In this document: piece after piece, positions 60,543 to 64,000 of the stretch
Layout: each line of letters starts with the position of its first letter
How positions within the stretch are numbered: the stretch's first letter is position 1
DNA from: an uncultured bacterium
GTDB taxonomy: Bacteria; Hydrothermota; UBA3073; NMUJ01; CBEVQO01
Direction: 5' to 3'
DNA: 64,000 nt
NCBI GenBank assembly: GCA_965552055.1
Contig: CBEVQO010000001.1
Coordinates: 128,001 to 192,000 of the forward strand
The notes under the pieces: generated by a model
Database searches by the model: none
Told to the model about the DNA's origin: nothing
The model's input: only the letters and a program-made list of their open reading frames with translations
Position numbers and translations under genes: made by a program

Positions 60543-63500
60543 AAACCACCTCCTCTTTAAATTTCCTAAAGCCCGTACCAGCAGGTATCAAACACCCTGT
60601 TATCACATTTTCTTTAATGCCTCTCAAATAATCTACTCTCCCTTTAATTGCTGCATCCGTCAAAACATTTACAGTCTCCTGGAATGAAGCAGCAGCTATA
60701 AAGCTCTCACTACTAACAGCGGCTTTTGCTATACCAAGAAGTAAAGGCTCATAAGATGCAGGTTGTTTGCCTTCGCCTTTCACACGCTCATTTTCTTCCA
60801 TAACTTCCCATATGTTTACAACTTCTCCTTCTATAAACCTCGTATCACCTGCGTCTTTTATTTTAACCTTCGACAGCATCTGCCTGACTATTATCTCAAA
60901 ATGCTTGTCGTTAATTTTAACTCCCTGCATTCTATAAATCTTCTGTATTTCATCAACAAGGTAATTCCTAACCTCATGCACTCCTTTTGTCTTCAATATA
61001 TCATGGGGATCTATGATTCCATCTGTCAATTTCTCTCCTGCTCTTACGAAATCACCATCTCTAACAATTATATGTTTACCAACAGGCACTTTATATTTCT
61101 TTTCTTCATGCTCTCCTTTCACTATTATGTATCTTTCGCCCTTCTCTGATACAATTTTAACATATCCATCAATTTCTGGCACAAGGGCTTTATCTTTTGG
61201 ATGCCTTGCTTCAAACAGGTCTATAGCCTTGGGAAGACCTCCTGTTATATCTTTCACTTTCGCTATAACTTTGGGCTTCCTTGCGAGTATGTCACCAGGA
61301 TATACATATTGACCTTCTTTTACAAATACATAAGCACCATTCGGCAATGTATAGCTTGCAACAGTTTTTCCATCTTTGATTATATCGATAGATGGCTGAA
61401 CCCTTTTATGTGTAGTAACAACAGGTTGCTTTGCTCCTGTTTTCTCATCATATTCAAGACGATAAGAAACATTTTCCTCCCAATTATTGAAATGAACTTC
61501 GCCTTCCACTTCCGATATTATAAGGAAAGAGTAAGGGTCCCATTCAAATAAATCATCATCTTTTTTAACTTTCTGTCCCTCTTCAACAAATACTATTGCA
61601 CCATAAGGCAATTTATAATGTTTTTTCTCATCACCGTGTTCCAGAATAATTTTACCTTTCCTGCCAAGGAAAATCTTTTTACCATCTTTTCTTGTATGCA
61701 ACTTAACATTCTCAAATTTTATCTCACCATCAAAGTGTGCTTTCATCTTCGTCTCTTTAACTTCACCTGCTACTGCTCCTCCCACATGGAATGTCCTCAG
61801 TGTAAGCTGAGTACCGGGTTCTCCTATTGATTGTGCAGCAACGATACCAACCGCTTCTCCTAATTCCACAAGTCTACCTGTTCCGGGATGTATTCCATAA
61901 CATTTTTGACAAACCCCTCTCTTAGTTTCACATGTAAGCACAGACCTTATTAAAACTTTCTCAATACCGGCAGACTCTATCTCTTTTGCCTTCTCAGGGG
62001 TTATCAATTCACCTGCAAATACAATAACTTCTCCTGTTATTGGATTCACAATATCTTCAAGTGCATACCTCCCTGCTATTCTTTCGGATAGAGGCTCAAT
62101 TATTTCTTCTCCCTCCATTAAAGCAGTTACTTCCCTTCCGAGTATCGTCCCGCAGTCTTCTTCTGTAACTATTACATCCTGAGCTACATCGACCAATCGC
62201 CTTGTAAGATAACCAGCCTGTGCAGTCTTCAAAGCAGTATCCGTTAAACCTTTCCTTGCACCATGAGTAGAAATGAAATATTCAACAACTGTTAATCCTT
62301 CTTTCAAACTACTATTTATCGGTGTCTCAATGGCTCCTTTGCCCGGACGCGTCATTAAACCTCTCTGCGCCGTTATCTGCCTCACCTGGTCGATATTACC
62401 TCTCGCACCTGAAATCGCCATCATATAAAGTGGATTAAAACCTTCTCTATCCTTCTGCAATGTCTTTACAGCATCCCTCTCTATCTGAGCCGTCGCTTTA
62501 CCCCAAATATCAACTATTCTGTTATAACGCTCTCTCTCTGTTATCCAACCTTTTCTATAGCTTTCATTTATCATCGCTACTTCTCTCTTTGCCCTCTCTA
62601 TAATTTGCTCCTTAGTCGGAGGCGTTTTCATGTCGTCTATCCCAATAGTAACACCCGCGAGTGTCGCCATTTCAAACCCAAACTCCTTTACAGCATCGAG
62701 AAATTCACATGTCCTGAAATTACCATAACGCTTGTGAATCTCTGCTATCAGCCTGTTTAAAACTTTTTTATCAACAACTTCATTACAAAATCTCAAATCT
62801 TCTGGTAGCAATTCATTAAATAAAACTCTACCTGGTGTTGTTTCTATGATTTTATCTTTAAACCTATATTTTATGATAGTATTCCATGTCACTACTTCTT
62901 CATCCAGCGCCATTTTCACCTCTTCTGGTGTGCCAAAATATTTACCCTCTCCCTTTTCTCCTTTCTTCGGCAAAGTAACATAATAAACACCCATTATCAT
63001 ATCCTGTGTTGGAACGGAAATCGGCTCTCCACTTGCGGGCGATAAAATATTGTTAGTCGATAGCATTAATAGCATGGCTTCGAGCTGCGCCTTCGTGGAA
63101 ATAGGTACATGAATCGCCATCTGATCTCCATCAAAATCGGCATTAAATGGTTTACATATCAAAGGAGATATCATAATGGCTTTACCATCAACCAGTTTAG
63201 GATAAAATGCCTGAATGGATAACCTATGCAAAGTAGGTGCTCTATTTAGCAATACAGGATGATTCTTAACAACTTCTTCCAGCAATTCCCATATCTTGCT
63301 TGCTCCTTTTTCTATCATTTTTTTCGCAACTTTCGCTGATTGAGCATAACCCCTTCTTTGCAGTTCCCTCATCACCATGGGCTTAAACAGCTCAATAGCC
63401 ATTGTCTTTGGCACACCGCATTCATGTATCTTAAGGGTAGGGTCTACTATTATCACTGCTCTACCTGAATAATCAACCCTCTTACCGAGCAAATTCTGTC

Positions 63501-64000
63501 TGAAACGCCCACGCTTACCACTCAGTGCATCAGATAATGATTTCAAAGGTCTATCACCCCTTCCTTTAACGGGTTTTGATTTCCTCCTATTATCAAGTAA
63601 AGCATCAACTGCTTCCTGAAGCATTCTTTTTTCATTCCTGATAATTATTTCGGGTGCCTTCATTGCGATTAAATTCTTAAGCCTGTTATTCCTGGTAATA
63701 ACTCTCCTGTAAAGGTCATTAAGGTCTGTTGTAGCATATCTACCGCCTTCAAGAGGCACAAGTGGTCTCAAGTCCGGAGGTATTACTGGCAAAACCCTCA
63801 AAACCATCCACTCGGGCTTAACACCAGATGTCCTGAATGCCTCTATTATCTGTAATTTCCTGAAAAGCTTCCTGTAACGCTCTGTAAAACGGTCTTTAAC
63901 TTCTCCAAGCGCTAACTGAGTGCGAAGCTCTGCTGCCATTTTATCAAGATCAAGTTCTTTTAAAAGCAAATAAATGGCTTCTGCTCCTGTTTCTGCTTTA
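60466..64000 (-). CDS. rpoC: RNA polymerase beta' subunit (N-terminus outside the window)
   Basis: [35 protein letters not shown] followed by an SI3-type insertion, AASFQET. Confidence 0.99.
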   Translation of the reverse strand, partial: KAETGAEAIYLLLKELDLDKMAAELRTQLALGEVKDRFTERYRKLFRKLQIIEAFRTSGVKPEWMVLRVLPVIPPDLRPLVPLEGGRYATTDLNDLYRRVITRNNRLKNLIAMKAPEIIIRNEKRMLQEAVDALLDNRRKSKPVKGRGDRPLKSLSDALSGKRGRFRQNLLGKRVDYSGRAVIIVDPTLKIHECGVPKTMAIELFKPMVMRELQRRGYAQSAKVAKKMIEKGASKIWELLEEVVKNHPVLLNRAPTLHRLSIQAFYPKLVDGKAIMISPLICKPFNADFDGDQMAIHVPISTKAQLEAMLLMLSTNNILSPASGEPISVPTQDMIMGVYYVTLPKKGEKGEGKYFGTPEEVKMALDEEVVTWNTIIKYRFKDKIIETTPGRVLFNELLPEDLRFCNEVVDKKVLNRLIAEIHKRYGNFRTCEFLDAVKEFGFEMATLAGVTIGIDDMKTPPTKEQIIERAKREVAMINESYRKGWITERERYNRIVDIWGKATAQIERDAVKTLQKDREGFNPLYMMAISGARGNIDQVRQITAQRGLMTRPGKGAIETPINSSLKEGLTVVEYFISTHGARKGLTDTALKTAQAGYLTRRLVDVAQDVIVTEEDCGTILGREVTALMEGEEIIEPLSERIAGRYALEDIVNPITGEVIVFAGELITPEKAKEIESAGIEKVLIRSVLTCETKRGVCQKCYGIHPGTGRLVELGEAVGIVAAQSIGEPGTQLTLRTFHVGGAVAGEVKETKMKAHFDGEIKFENVKLHTRKDGKKIFLGRKGKIILEHGDEKKHYKLPYGAIVFVEEGQKVKKDDDLFEWDPYSFLIISEVEGEVHFNNWEENVSYRLEYDEKTGAKQPVVTTHKRVQPSIDIIKDGKTVASYTLPNGAYVFVKEGQYVYPGDILARKPKVIAKVKDITGGLPKAIDLFEARHPKDKALVPEIDGYVKIVSEKGERYIIVKGEHEEKKYKVPVGKHIIVRDGDFVRAGEKLTDGIIDPHDILKTKGVHEVRNYLVDEIQKIYRMQGVKINDKHFEIIVRQMLSKVKIKDAGDTRFIEGEVVNIWEVMEENERVKGEGKQPASYEPLLLGIAKAAVSSESFIAAASFQETVNVLTDAAIKGRVDYLRGIKENVITGCLIPAGTGFRKFKEEVVYAAHDKSVDKEGEKKEEKEVEIPGT

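Overview
A 64-kb, AT-rich, gene-dense stretch of core bacterial chromosome. The K/E-rich proteins, outer-membrane proteins, superoxide reductase/rubrerythrin and several archaeal-type genes suggest a diderm, anaerobic, probably thermophilic lineage. A candidate phylum such as WOR-3/Hydrothermae is plausible, but that is inference only. Contents: (1) rplM-rpsI-rpsB-tsf-pyrH-frr-uppS-cdsA-dxr-rseP; (2) rpsK-rpsD-rpoA-rplQ running into ppdK-polyprenyl synthase-membrane PPase; (3) uxs-nadD-HDAC-pncB-metK-rocD; (4) wzm/wzt, recA, a restriction-modification pair and priA; (5) a patch of gene remnants; (6) guaD and a broken ogg; (7) a PerR-type oxidative-stress operon; (8) rpoC-rpsL-[DUF3782]-rpsG-fusA-tuf-rpsJ-rplC-recX-der-plsY-pgsA-skp. 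The strongest unexplained signal is regulatory. All 16 recognisable sigma70-type promoters have a short spacer (12 with 15 bp, 4 with 16 bp, none best read as the canonical 17 bp), and many sit 4-7 nt from a start codon, implying leaderless mRNAs. Other highlights: a LolA-like carrier fused to an outer-membrane barrel beside an MMPL/RND gene; a str-operon EF-G lacking the translocation tip motifs; a divergent EF-Tu; an HDAC gene that needs an ATT/ATA start; a Wzy-like gene flanked by two nucleotidyltransferase-fold genes; and a Skp fusion. No rRNA, tRNA, CRISPR array or intact mobile element was seen.
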